From NCBI GenBank assembly GCA_965204725.1, contig OZ242005.1, positions 5,280,001 through 5,344,000 on the forward strand: a DNA stretch of 64,000 nucleotides, written 5' to 3'. The DNA comes from Candidatus Latescibacterota bacterium. Its GTDB lineage: Bacteria > Latescibacterota > UBA2968 > UBA8231. The notes under the pieces are model-generated. The model saw nothing but the letters and a program-made list of their open reading frames with translations, searched no databases and was not told the origin of the DNA. Numbering within the stretch: the first letter of the stretch is position 1; each line of letters starts with the position of its first letter. Shown here piece after piece: positions 1 through 9,500 of this stretch. The position numbers and the translations under genes were made by a program.

Positions 1-873
1 ATCGTTTTCCAACCAGCGCGAGCCTTGAAGAACGGCAAGCAGTTGGGGGGCAACGGGTATGTCGCGGCCTGCTGCTTGCAAAGAGCGAGCCAGCCAGTAC
101 GCCCCGGCCCAATCCCCGGCGGCCAAGAGGCTCCACCCTAACGATACCCAGTTTTCATCGCCATCCTCTCCTTGCAACAAGGTCGCGGTCACCTCCCGGA
201 CCGAGCGCAAAGGCCGCGGCTTTGCAGCGGCGGGCGGGGGCGTAGGCTTGCGTTCTTCTCGCGAGACTTTTTCCTCGGGGACTACCTCTTTGGCTGGGGT
301 GACGGCTTCTGTGGAATCAGGGGCATCACTAGAGGGACTAGGCGGTTCTGCGGGCGGTTGGCCATCCTCATCCTGTGGGGGCGTTGGGGCCGGCACGGAA
401 AAGCCTCGGTTGAGTTGGTCCAACCCAGCGCTAATCCGATCTTCCACGGCCTCCATATCCGCCCGGTGCTGGCGGGCTTCTTGGACGTTTTGGGGGACCT
501 GCTGGTCTAAGGTGCGGCGTTGGGCCAAGTGCTCCAGCAAGACTCTCACCCGGTCCGTCTGTTCGGGGACTTGCTCAATGGGGCAATGGTTCGCTTGCCA
601 GTGGGCTAGGTCTGAATCGCTGAAATTGAAAAACGCGAGATCGCTCTCGTGGTTTTCCCGCAGTTGCGTCAGTTCCTGTTGGAGCCGCTGGACCCGCCCC
701 GCCTCGTCCCGTTCTTGGTGCTTCTGCGAAGCCACCTGCTGGACTTGGTCTATAAACTCTTGGATTACTTCCCATTCTGACGCCTCGGCCGGCCATTGGC
801 GCATCTCTTCAATTAGACTAGCCCACTGAGTTTTCTGAAAGAGTTCCGGGGCTCGCGCTTTTTCAGCGGGCAT
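1..873 (-). CDS. Hypothetical protein, N-terminal 291 aa only (runs off the left edge); helical/coiled-coil region, Pro/acidic linker, then WSLLAAGDWAGAYWLAR
   Basis: Not in the ORF track. Read manually: ATG at 873 preceded by GAGGA, open frame to position 1 (MPAEKARAPELFQKTQWASLIEEMRQW...). The + strand ORF 59..829 is its antisense shadow. Confidence 0.75.
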   Translation of the reverse strand, partial: MPAEKARAPELFQKTQWASLIEEMRQWPAEASEWEVIQEFIDQVQQVASQKHQERDEAGRVQRLQQELTQLRENHESDLAFFNFSDSDLAHWQANHCPIEQVPEQTDRVRVLLEHLAQRRTLDQQVPQNVQEARQHRADMEAVEDRISAGLDQLNRGFSVPAPTPPQDEDGQPPAEPPSPSSDAPDSTEAVTPAKEVVPEEKVSREERKPTPPPAAAKPRPLRSVREVTATLLQGEDGDENWVSLGWSLLAAGDWAGAYWLARSLQAAGRDIPVAPQLLAVLQGSRWLEND

Positions 874-885
874 ATCGCATCCTCG

Positions 886-915
886 ATTCTAGGTCGTTGG
901 GTTTACACCTGTAAA
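886..915 (-). promoter_or_regulatory. Putative sigma70 promoter overlapped by a palindromic operator
   Basis: Minus strand TTTACA-18 bp-TAGAAT upstream of the ATG at 873; perfect inverted repeat TTTACA-CC-TGTAAA at 902-915. Confidence 0.45.
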
Positions 916-969
916 GAAGGACGCCACCTATCCTAGGTCAAACGTTCCACCGCGTCCGCGTCGCTCGCG

Positions 970-1983
970 CTATTCGGCGGGCGGGCGCAAGTACTTGGTC
1001 TCCAACTCGCCCATAATCTGCGCGGTGATGGCCCGGACTTCGTCCGCAAAGGTATCGACGTTGTCCTGGGTCACCAGCACCGTGCCCGAGTTGACGAAGT
1101 AGTGCTCGGGGTTGGCTTGCCAGCCGTCGAGCAGGTAGCGCAAGAGGGCGCACGTGATGTAACCGTGGCCGTAGGGGTTTTGCGACAGGGTCGCGTCGAT
1201 GGCCCCTTGGCGGACCGCGTCGAGTACCACCGAGTCCGTGTCGATGCCGACGAAGTGGATGCGCTTGTTGCCCGGGGTCTGGTTCCATTCGGATAGGATC
1301 GTCGCCGCGGCCACGGTCGGGGTGTACCCCGTGCAAATCACGCCGTCGATCTCCTCGATCCGCGCCGAGAGCGCGTCTTGGATTTTGGCCGTGCTGGTCT
1401 CAATCGACTCCATGCCGGCGATCTCTTGGACGATCTGGACCGCGGGGTATTTGGCCACCGCCGCTTCGACGCCTTCCTTGCGCAGGATGGTGTTGGGATC
1501 TTCGACCAACTCTAGCACGTTGAGGATCTGGCCCTCGCCGCCCATAAAGCCGATCAGGGCCTCGGTCGCCTCCATCGCCGCCTGCCGGACGTCGGTCGCC
1601 ACGCAAAACGAAGCCGGCGTCGGCAGCGTCGTCGGCGCGCCATAGCTGACGACGTAGGCCCCGTTTTGCACCAATTCCTCGTAGAGTCCGTTGGCCGCGC
1701 TGGCGTCGGCCGGATAAAGCGAGAAGCCCTTGTAGCCCTGAGCCGCCAGCGGCTCGACGTTGGCGTTTTCATTGTCTTGGGTCCAGTTTTGGCCGATCTG
1801 ACGCTTGATCTTGATCCCGGTGTCGCGCTCGTAGCCGATCACCCCTTTTTGCACCTCTTCGACGTAGGGATGGACCATCAAGGCGTACCAGACGATTTTT
1901 TTCTCCGAGGGCGCGTCGGCCGATTGGCCGGACCCGCCGCACCCCGCGACGACGAGCGCGGCGAAAGTTAGTAGTAAGCGCAT
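970..1983 (-). CDS. Sugar ABC transporter periplasmic binding lipoprotein (RbsB/Peripla_BP_4-like), no cognate permease in the window
   Basis: Lipobox VVAGC; motifs VATDVRQAA, FVGIDTD, IDATLSQNPYGHGY and SGTVLVTQDNV are typical of type I periplasmic sugar-binding proteins. Confidence 0.85.
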   Translation of the reverse strand: MRLLLTFAALVVAGCGGSGQSADAPSEKKIVWYALMVHPYVEEVQKGVIGYERDTGIKIKRQIGQNWTQDNENANVEPLAAQGYKGFSLYPADASAANGLYEELVQNGAYVVSYGAPTTLPTPASFCVATDVRQAAMEATEALIGFMGGEGQILNVLELVEDPNTILRKEGVEAAVAKYPAVQIVQEIAGMESIETSTAKIQDALSARIEEIDGVICTGYTPTVAAATILSEWNQTPGNKRIHFVGIDTDSVVLDAVRQGAIDATLSQNPYGHGYITCALLRYLLDGWQANPEHYFVNSGTVLVTQDNVDTFADEVRAITAQIMGELETKYLRPPAE

Positions 1984-2087
1984 GTAAGCGGTCTCCTCTT
2001 GAGTTTTTCAATAATAACCATCCCCGCGCCCCTTGAGCCAATCTCCGCTTTGGCCTACTTTGCCGTCCAACCCAAAAGGAGCCTATC

Positions 2088-2972
2088 ATGTATTGGATTG
2101 CGACTGTCGGCGTTTTGTTGCTGGCCCTGCCCGCCCTCGCCCACTACCCCGAAGACACCACCTTCAAGGTCTTCCAATTCCCCGACGACCACGTCCCGCA
2201 GATGAACGGCGATGCGGCCGACTGGGCCAAAGTGCCCGCCGAGTATTTCTACGACTACACCCAATACGCGGAACTCCACCGCGAGCGCGGCGCGCCCGAC
2301 ACCACGGATTTTCACGTGCGCCGCTCGGCTGTCGGCTGGAACAAAACCCACAATCGCCTGTACTTCATGGCCGAGGTGTACGACGATATCTGGCGGTTTC
2401 ACAAGGACATCACCGACTCGCTCGACACCCCCCATAGCCGCCTGACTGGGGCCCACGTCCACGGCGCAGATATTTGGGAAATCGTCATTGACGCCGATCA
2501 CGGCGGCGATAAGGTCATCCACTTCGCCGACTCAGCAGAAGCACCGCACGTGGAATTGCGCCACCGCAGCGCGTACACCCAAAACTACCACCTCTACATC
2601 CCGCCGCTCAACGGCCAGTACTGGCACTGGCTGTGGGGCAAGGCGCTGTGGACCAAGGAGGAACGCTATTCAGCGGTGGGATGGCAGGGCGCGGTCGAGC
2701 ACTTGTCGGCGGGCACCGTCACCTACGAATGCTACTTAACGCCCTTCGACGACCTGCACCCGGAAGGACCGCATCTGAGCCGCCGACACGCGCTGCAAGA
2801 AGGCGCGATCATCGGCCTCGGCTGGTCCTTTCTCGACGCGGACACCAAAGAAGACGACTTTGACGGCTTTTGGGCACTGACGCAACACCCGAAAATGTAT
2901 TGCAGCGGAGAATTTATCGGCGACTTCGAGCTAATGCCGCTCGAGGAAGGGTTGTTTGGCGACAGGGAATAA
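2088..2972 (+). CDS. Secreted CBM9/DOMON-like beta-sandwich protein (His-x-Pro family, copy 1, no SWGxIK tail)
   Basis: AGGAG RBS; signal peptide ...LPALA|HYPE; PQMNGDAADW, GWN...RLYF..EVYDD and DIWEIVIDADH are shared with 11537..12505 and 43135..44046. Confidence 0.7.
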   Translation: MYWIATVGVLLLALPALAHYPEDTTFKVFQFPDDHVPQMNGDAADWAKVPAEYFYDYTQYAELHRERGAPDTTDFHVRRSAVGWNKTHNRLYFMAEVYDDIWRFHKDITDSLDTPHSRLTGAHVHGADIWEIVIDADHGGDKVIHFADSAEAPHVELRHRSAYTQNYHLYIPPLNGQYWHWLWGKALWTKEERYSAVGWQGAVEHLSAGTVTYECYLTPFDDLHPEGPHLSRRHALQEGAIIGLGWSFLDADTKEDDFDGFWALTQHPKMYCSGEFIGDFELMPLEEGLFGDRE

Positions 2973-2976
2973 GTGC

Positions 2977-5550
2977 TCAGTACGCGACCGAGATCGTCCT
3001 GAGTACATGGGCATCTTTGACCTGCGCTCCCTCAATGTCGGTATCCACGCTTAGCTGCACCACATACAGCCCCGGCGGCACCACGCGCCCGCCGTCGTCC
3101 CGGCCATCCCACTCAATCTCATAGGGGCCGGTGCTAAAGGGGCGCGCTTGCGCGAGACGCCATATTAGGCGGCCTCCCAAATCGTAGATCTCGGCCGCTA
3201 CCGGGCTATCGTCGCCGACCCGCACGACATTGAAGGCAAAGACCGTGCGGTCGTTGATCCCGTCGCCGTTGGGCGAAAAGGCCGCTGGCCGCACCGCCAC
3301 ATCCATGAGCAGGGCGTTCTGCTCCACAGCCGCGACAATCGTCGTGGTGTTGCCGATGACCTGCGGGAGGGCCTCCCCGGGGTCAATCCGCTGCCAAGCA
3401 CCGCCATCTGCGCCGCTATTGCGTAGGGCGGCCTGCAACACCGCGCCGGTGACGAAAAGCGCCGTCTCAAAATCCAGCCTCAGCACTTCGGTCGAGCCAT
3501 TGGGCTGGATCGCATCAAAGCGCACGTGCAGGGAGTCGCGGCCCGTAGGCAGGACCTCGACCCCGGGCAGCGCGTTGGGCACCGTCTCGCCGTCGAAATC
3601 CGCCACTTGACCACCGTACAGGCCCACCATGGCTAGCTCCATGTTCGACGGCGCCAACAACAACAACTCGTCAAAACCCGAATCGCGGCGGTCAAACTCC
3701 GGCCGCACGTACAGGGAAAACGGCCGCTGTACCCCGAGTTCTTCTACCTCGAATGGGCCGATCTCGCCCAACAGACGCTGCGCCACGGGATTGGCGAAAT
3801 TGAGATGGACCGAGCGCAGCGTTGGGCTGAGCTCCGGGTCTTCCGACAGCAAGGTCGCCTGCACCGTGAGGAACTCCCGCGGCGATGGCGAGGAAATCGG
3901 GCTGCCGGCCGGATTCTCATAAGGCGCGCTCCAATTGCCCCAATCGCTGCCGGGCACTTGCTCGGCGACGATGTCGCCCCGGAACAGGGACAGCAGTTTG
4001 TTGTATTCGCTCTCGGTCACTTCGGTGCCGTCGTTTTTGAAATAGTGTAGTATCTCGCCCAATTCACTGCCCGTGCGCGTCTGAATCTGCACTTGGGTTC
4101 CGGGGGGCGTGTCGGCATCCCACTCAATCGACAACAGGTTGCGGCTGCCGCCCAAGCGAATGAGGTCGGACCGTAGCGAAACCTCCGGTTGGAAGCCTTC
4201 GCCGTAGAATTGCAACTCGGCTATATCGGCCGTGCGGGCACCAATGGCATTCAAGGTCCACTGAAAGCGGCCAAACCGCGCCTTGATCGGCTCGAACTCC
4301 TCGCCTTCAAACCGCGAGGTGGGGCGCGACCCCAGCGACGCCTTGGTGGTCCATTGGAGGCTGCCGTCGGGCGCGAGGGTGCCGTCGGAAAAATCCATTC
4401 GGTAGCTGGGGAACAAACCGCCGTTGTAAACCAAGCGGAAGGTATCGACCCAATAAAACGAACCCAGGTCGAAGACCAGCTCCAGCTCGGGATCTGCCAC
4501 CGCCGAGGAGACCCCGTAAAAGATGCGATTGAAGGTCGCCAAGTCGCCATCGACGAACTTGGTCAGGGCCAGCGGCTGCTTTGCATTGGTCGAGATGACG
4601 CCGCCGCGCGCGAGGATGCCGGCGGTTAGCTCGTCCCCTTCGTTCCAGACCTCCAGCTCGGCCAAGCGGGGCAATTCCCGGCGAAAATAGCGGACGCTGC
4701 CCCGGCGGTCCGCGTCCAATATGTCGTACAGGTCTGAGTCAACGGGCACCTCGCGGCCATCGGGCTGGCGCTTGAAGTACTGAATTGCCCCGCGCGTCTC
4801 TTCGCTGAGGGCGTCGTATTCAGCGGCCGATACTTCCGTGCCGAGCATCCCGTCGGTATCTGTGACCAAAATTTGCACAAAGCGCACGGCCGCGGCCTCG
4901 ACATTGGGCTGTTCGTTGGTCAGATCGACCGTAAAGACCCGCTGGCTCTTGTTTTCGCTCAAGGTCCGCAACACGGTCTTAAAGGCCGGGTTTTCGCTGT
5001 TTTGCAAGCGCGCTGGCTTGAGTCCATCGGAGATGAGCACCTCAAACAAGAGAAAGGGATCGCCCATACCCTCCTCGACGAAGCGCACCACGAGTTCTTG
5101 GGCAAAAACCACGCGGCCCAAGTCGATCACAAACCACCACTGCGAAGCCAAGTCGCGGTCGCCGGCCGGCGGATCGGGCTGCCAATAGGTGGCGAGGTCG
5201 CCGTCGAGCAGGTTGACCACATCGGCGACATTGGAGCCGCCCTTGACAGCGTCGGAGAGGACGATCTCAGCCGGCTCTTTGCCGCCGAGGGACGCCGGCG
5301 GATTAAAGCGCAGATAATCGACAATGTCGAACACGGCGTTGGTATTCTTTTGAATGCGCCGAGAGCGCACTTCTCCGTCTGGAGAAATCGTCAAGGTCCC
5401 CGGGGCAAATTCCCAGTTTTGCCAATGGTTGCGGCCATTGATTACGACCTGATTGCCGCCGACCCGGTGGCCGGCCGACTGGGCGCACACGGCGACCCCG
5501 GCCAATGAGACCGCTAGCCCCATGCAAAGGGCGCGTCCTAAGATAGTCAT
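2977..5550 (-). CDS. Secreted protein with two discoidin/F5-8-like domains and a C-terminal FlgD-Ig/type-B-CTD-like domain
   Basis: Signal peptide; LLDGDLATYW..WFVIDLGR and FVDGDLAT..FDLG..IAELQFYG; FSPNGDGIND...WDGRDDGGRVVPPGLY; ends ISVAY. Closest in-window paralog is 56706..59714. Confidence 0.8.
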   Translation of the reverse strand: MTILGRALCMGLAVSLAGVAVCAQSAGHRVGGNQVVINGRNHWQNWEFAPGTLTISPDGEVRSRRIQKNTNAVFDIVDYLRFNPPASLGGKEPAEIVLSDAVKGGSNVADVVNLLDGDLATYWQPDPPAGDRDLASQWWFVIDLGRVVFAQELVVRFVEEGMGDPFLLFEVLISDGLKPARLQNSENPAFKTVLRTLSENKSQRVFTVDLTNEQPNVEAAAVRFVQILVTDTDGMLGTEVSAAEYDALSEETRGAIQYFKRQPDGREVPVDSDLYDILDADRRGSVRYFRRELPRLAELEVWNEGDELTAGILARGGVISTNAKQPLALTKFVDGDLATFNRIFYGVSSAVADPELELVFDLGSFYWVDTFRLVYNGGLFPSYRMDFSDGTLAPDGSLQWTTKASLGSRPTSRFEGEEFEPIKARFGRFQWTLNAIGARTADIAELQFYGEGFQPEVSLRSDLIRLGGSRNLLSIEWDADTPPGTQVQIQTRTGSELGEILHYFKNDGTEVTESEYNKLLSLFRGDIVAEQVPGSDWGNWSAPYENPAGSPISSPSPREFLTVQATLLSEDPELSPTLRSVHLNFANPVAQRLLGEIGPFEVEELGVQRPFSLYVRPEFDRRDSGFDELLLLAPSNMELAMVGLYGGQVADFDGETVPNALPGVEVLPTGRDSLHVRFDAIQPNGSTEVLRLDFETALFVTGAVLQAALRNSGADGGAWQRIDPGEALPQVIGNTTTIVAAVEQNALLMDVAVRPAAFSPNGDGINDRTVFAFNVVRVGDDSPVAAEIYDLGGRLIWRLAQARPFSTGPYEIEWDGRDDGGRVVPPGLYVVQLSVDTDIEGAQVKDAHVLRTISVAY

Positions 5551-5628
5551 AGCGTTTCCCGTTGTGTTCTAAGGTGTTTTAACTCGTTCAGGGTACGGAA
5601 ATTGCATATCGTCCGCCAATCATTCCCG

Positions 5629-6857
5629 TCAATATACTAGGGCGGTCACGGCCTGCCGCTGGGTCGTTCCCTGATCGGTCTCTACCCGCAAGCTGACCAC
5701 ATACAACCCCGGCGGCAACAACCCACCCCGCTCGTCCCGACCATCCCATACCCCCACATACCGACCACTGCCCAACCAAGACGAATCCACCAAACCCACC
5801 CGACGACCCGACACGTCATACACCCAACACACCAACGACGACAAACCCGAAAGATTCAACACATCGCAGCCGATGGCAACTTCGTCGTTGATCCCATCGC
5901 CGTTGGGACTAAACACCCCCGGCTCCACCGACAACGAACCCAAAGGACCCGTGCCCAACCCGGTCAAATCCACCCGCAGCCCCGCGCTCGAAGGCTCCTC
6001 ATCCGCATCGCCTCCGGCCAATGCCTGCGGCACCTCGTGCGGATACGCGCTGTTGAAGACCCGACCCGTAAACACCGTGCCAAACTGGAACACCGACGCA
6101 TAGAAATCGACTTCGAGCACCTCGTCGGTGCGCTGGGCATCCATCTGCGGCACGGCCAGCACCACTCCACTGGCGTCTTGTTGGAGGACCTCAAAAGCCA
6201 CCGGCTGCCCCGACAGACGCACCGCATCCACCCGCTCCACCCGCGCCGGCGTGTCGATAGCCAAGCGGTCAAAGCCCAAGTCCCCGCTCGCCATCGACGC
6301 CTTGACCTTGTAGGTGAACGCTGCCGCCGCGCCCGGTGCCACCACCGAGGGCACGATCTCGGCGACCGCTTGTTGCGCCACCGGCGGGATCGACACCGCC
6401 AGCATCACCCAATCGAGCCGACCGCTGGCGCGCTGCTCAGAAGTAAAGTCGGCGCGCACCTGCACAAACTGGCGCGGTCCCGCGCCGGCGATGGCCCCTT
6501 CGCCGGCGGCAAACGCTTGGGCGGTACTCCAGAACGTCCACGCCGCTGTGTCGTGGGTGATGCCCGCCTGCGCCCCCCGCGCCAGCTTGTTGTACGACGC
6601 CAAGCGCAAGGGATGGCCCCGCTCGTCGAAGCGGGTGCGCTCGCCGCCGCGAAAGGTGTAGCGCCAGTACGTATTCGGATCGGCGTCGTGGCCGCTGCGC
6701 GTGCTCAACGCCAGCGTCGCCCCCTCGTCCTGCTGACCCGCCCACGTCAGGCGACCGAGGCTGGCAGGTGCGCCCAAGTCAATCACATTCGACACATAAC
6801 TGGCAAACGGGGCAAAGCCGCGACCGTAAATCTCCAACTCCGCAATCTCCCAAATAC
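5629..6857. repeat. ~1.23 kb near-identical direct repeat, copy 1 (3' two-thirds of the gene)
   Basis: Matches 9501..10729 at offset 3872; only 8 amino-acid differences over ~408 residues in the provided translations. Confidence 0.92.
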
Positions 6858-7554
6858 TCCCCGTGTTCTCCTTAGCGTAAAACAAAACGTAGCGGATGGG
6901 CTGATGCGGGAACTTCAGGTCGATGACGGGCTGGGTGTTTTCCACCACGTCATGCACAATATCAAAATCAAAATAAAATCCAGCGGCCCCCAAATTCTCT
7001 TCCCGCGTCCCATCCTTGAGCGGGTTGCCGTCGTTGATGCCGATTCTAAACTGCTGCACAAAGCGATCGGTGCGGTGCTGGTCGCGGGGAAAAAAGCGGA
7101 TGCGGTCGAGGAGGAGCGGCGCACCCAAGTCAAACGTCAGGGCCTTGATATACGGCCAATGCACGGCATAGCGCCCATCGCCCAGAAAGGCGGTCTTTAC
7201 GTCGCCATCAAACATCAAGGCATCGGTTTCCGTATGGGATAGCCAGCCATTCCAAGCAAACCTGAGCACTTCGCCCCCGCGTTCCTCAATCAGCGGGGTC
7301 AGGTTGAGGTCCGGGCTGAGCGACTGCGGGCGAATCGAATCCGGATCGAGCTGGATTAGGCTTTCACGGCCGTGTTGGGCCGCGTCAATCTCGCTCCAGC
7401 CGATTTGCACGAATTTGTATGGAACGTCCAGCGCTGGAGGCGGTAGGCTCTCGCCGCCGATCCGATAAATAGTCAGCCCGCTCGCGGCCGGCGCGTGGAG
7501 CAGGGAAGCGGCGAAAAACAGCGAGCCGACCCAATGTTTTGTCGGGCAAAACAA
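5629..7554 (-). CDS. Secreted discoidin-like + FlgD-Ig CTD protein (LTIYRIGG subfamily)
   Basis: Signal peptide; MFDGD..FDLG..RIRFFPR..WEIAELEIYG; FSPNGDGIND..WDGRD; ends TALVY. Confidence 0.8.
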   Translation of the reverse strand: MFCPTKHWVGSLFFAASLLHAPAASGLTIYRIGGESLPPPALDVPYKFVQIGWSEIDAAQHGRESLIQLDPDSIRPQSLSPDLNLTPLIEERGGEVLRFAWNGWLSHTETDALMFDGDVKTAFLGDGRYAVHWPYIKALTFDLGAPLLLDRIRFFPRDQHRTDRFVQQFRIGINDGNPLKDGTREENLGAAGFYFDFDIVHDVVENTQPVIDLKFPHQPIRYVLFYAKENTGSIWEIAELEIYGRGFAPFASYVSNVIDLGAPASLGRLTWAGQQDEGATLALSTRSGHDADPNTYWRYTFRGGERTRFDERGHPLRLASYNKLARGAQAGITHDTAAWTFWSTAQAFAAGEGAIAGAGPRQFVQVRADFTSEQRASGRLDWVMLAVSIPPVAQQAVAEIVPSVVAPGAAAAFTYKVKASMASGDLGFDRLAIDTPARVERVDAVRLSGQPVAFEVLQQDASGVVLAVPQMDAQRTDEVLEVDFYASVFQFGTVFTGRVFNSAYPHEVPQALAGGDADEEPSSAGLRVDLTGLGTGPLGSLSVEPGVFSPNGDGINDEVAIGCDVLNLSGLSSLVCWVYDVSGRRVGLVDSSWLGSGRYVGVWDGRDERGGLLPPGLYVVSLRVETDQGTTQRQAVTALVY

Positions 7555-7576
7555 GGCGGATGGCTCCCAATCGCGC

Positions 7577-9490
7577 TTAGTACGCTAGCGCGATGACGGC
7601 TTGCCGGGCGGCTGGCCCCTTGTCGGTCTCGACGCGGACGCGCAGAATGTACAACCCCGGCGGCACCTGCTCACCGCGCTCATCCCGCCCGTCCCACGCC
7701 CCTACGTACCGGCCGCTGGACGTCCAATCCGAACCCACCACGTTCAATAAACGGCCCGACAAATCGTACACCGACGACTCCACCTGCACCGGCCCCACCA
7801 AGTTGAGCACATTGCACTCGATCCGCACCGCGTCGTTAATGCCGTCGCCGTTGGGGCTGAACACCGACGGCATCAGCACCAAGTCGCCGATGGTCTGCGC
7901 CCCCAAGCGGGTCAACCCCACGCTCAACCCGTTGCTCTCGGCGAGCGCGTCCACATCCCCAGACTCTAGGCTTTGCGGCACCTCTCGCGGCTGCTCGCTG
8001 TTGGAGATCCGCCCGGAAAACACCGTGCCGAACTTAAAGATCGCGGTCTGGAAATCCACCTCGATGAGCTCCTCGGTGCGCTGCGCGTCAATCTTCGGTA
8101 GCTGCACGGCAAAACCGGCCTCGTCCAGCCGCATCACCTCAAAGGCCACCGGCTCGCCCGAAATCCGCACCGCATCCACGCTCTGGGCGCGGACCGGCGT
8201 GTCAATGGCTAGCCGATCAAAGCCCAAATCGTCGCTGGCCAAGGTCGCCCGCAGCTTGTAGGTGAAGGCCGTAACCTCCCCCGGCGGCACGGCCGCTGGC
8301 GATATTTCGGCGACCGCTTGCCGCGCCACCGGCGGGATCGACACGGCAAACTGCACCCAATCCAACTGCCCACTGGTCTCTCGGCTCGACGAAAAGTCCG
8401 CACGCAACTGCACGTAGCGCTGGGGGCCATCCCCGATCAACGCCCCCTGCCCGGCGGCGAAGTCGTAGCCGCCCCAGAACGCCCAATTCTCCGTGTCGTG
8501 GGTGATGCCCGCCTGCTCGCCGCGCGCCAGCTTATTGTACGAGGCCAGCGTCAGCGGGCGGCCCCTAGCGTCAAAGCGGGTGCGCTCGCCGCCGCGGAAG
8601 GTGGTCCGCCAATAGATGTTCGGGTCTGCGTCCAGCCCGCTGCGCATACTGAGGGCCACGTCGGCCTCCTCGGCCTCGCGTCCGGCCCACGTCAGTTCCC
8701 CCAAGCTCGCCAAGGCCCCTAAGTCGATCACATTGGACACGTAGCCCGCAAAGGGCGCGAAGCCATTGCCGTAGATTTCCAACTCGGCGATCTCCCAGAT
8801 GCCGCGCGTATTTTCTGCCGCCGAGAAGAGCAACCGCCGCACGGGTTCGGCGGGCAGGGGCAAGTCGATGACGGCTTCGGTATTTTCGGTTATGTCGTAG
8901 ATGATGTCGAAGTCCAACTCGCTGTTCCGCCGCCCAATGAGGAACTCGCGGGAACCATCCTTGAGGGGATCGCCGTCGTTGATGCCGATCTTGAAGGTCT
9001 CTACAAAGCGGTCGGTCAGGTGTTTGGTGCGCGGGAAAAAGCGAATCCGCTCCAACAGGAGGGGCGCACCAAAATCAAAGGCCAAGTACTTCTCCGGTGG
9101 CCCGTGCGAGGCAAAGTGACCGTCGCCGAGGTAAATGGTGTTCGGGTCTTGGTCGAACATGAACAAATCGTCCGCCTGAGGCGGCCCCCAGCCAATCCAC
9201 ACCAAGTTTAGAACTTGGCCGCCTTGCTCTTCGATGATCGGCACGAGATTGACCGCTGAATCGAACCGTTGGGGGCGCAAAAAATCCGGGTCGAACTCCA
9301 GCAACTCCGCACGGCCGTGCTGCGCCGCATCAATATCGCTCCAACGGATTTGCACGAATTCGTACGGCGCGTCCAACTCCGGGGCTGGCAGGCTCTCGCC
9401 GCCGATCCGATAGATCGTCAGCCCAAGTGCCGGACCGACCGCGCCGCCCCACAGGACTGCCCATACACACGCCGCTAAACGCCCAGCCAT
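7577..9490 (-). CDS. Secreted discoidin-like + FlgD-Ig CTD protein (LTIYRIGG subfamily)
   Basis: GGAG RBS; same architecture as its neighbours; ends IALAY. Confidence 0.8.
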   Translation of the reverse strand: MAGRLAACVWAVLWGGAVGPALGLTIYRIGGESLPAPELDAPYEFVQIRWSDIDAAQHGRAELLEFDPDFLRPQRFDSAVNLVPIIEEQGGQVLNLVWIGWGPPQADDLFMFDQDPNTIYLGDGHFASHGPPEKYLAFDFGAPLLLERIRFFPRTKHLTDRFVETFKIGINDGDPLKDGSREFLIGRRNSELDFDIIYDITENTEAVIDLPLPAEPVRRLLFSAAENTRGIWEIAELEIYGNGFAPFAGYVSNVIDLGALASLGELTWAGREAEEADVALSMRSGLDADPNIYWRTTFRGGERTRFDARGRPLTLASYNKLARGEQAGITHDTENWAFWGGYDFAAGQGALIGDGPQRYVQLRADFSSSRETSGQLDWVQFAVSIPPVARQAVAEISPAAVPPGEVTAFTYKLRATLASDDLGFDRLAIDTPVRAQSVDAVRISGEPVAFEVMRLDEAGFAVQLPKIDAQRTEELIEVDFQTAIFKFGTVFSGRISNSEQPREVPQSLESGDVDALAESNGLSVGLTRLGAQTIGDLVLMPSVFSPNGDGINDAVRIECNVLNLVGPVQVESSVYDLSGRLLNVVGSDWTSSGRYVGAWDGRDERGEQVPPGLYILRVRVETDKGPAARQAVIALAY

Positions 9491-9500
9491 ATTCGGCTCC

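Noticed and set aside
59-829. 256-aa + strand ORF
   Set aside because: Ser/Gly-rich antisense shadow of the minus-strand gene 1..873, which has an RBS and promoter.
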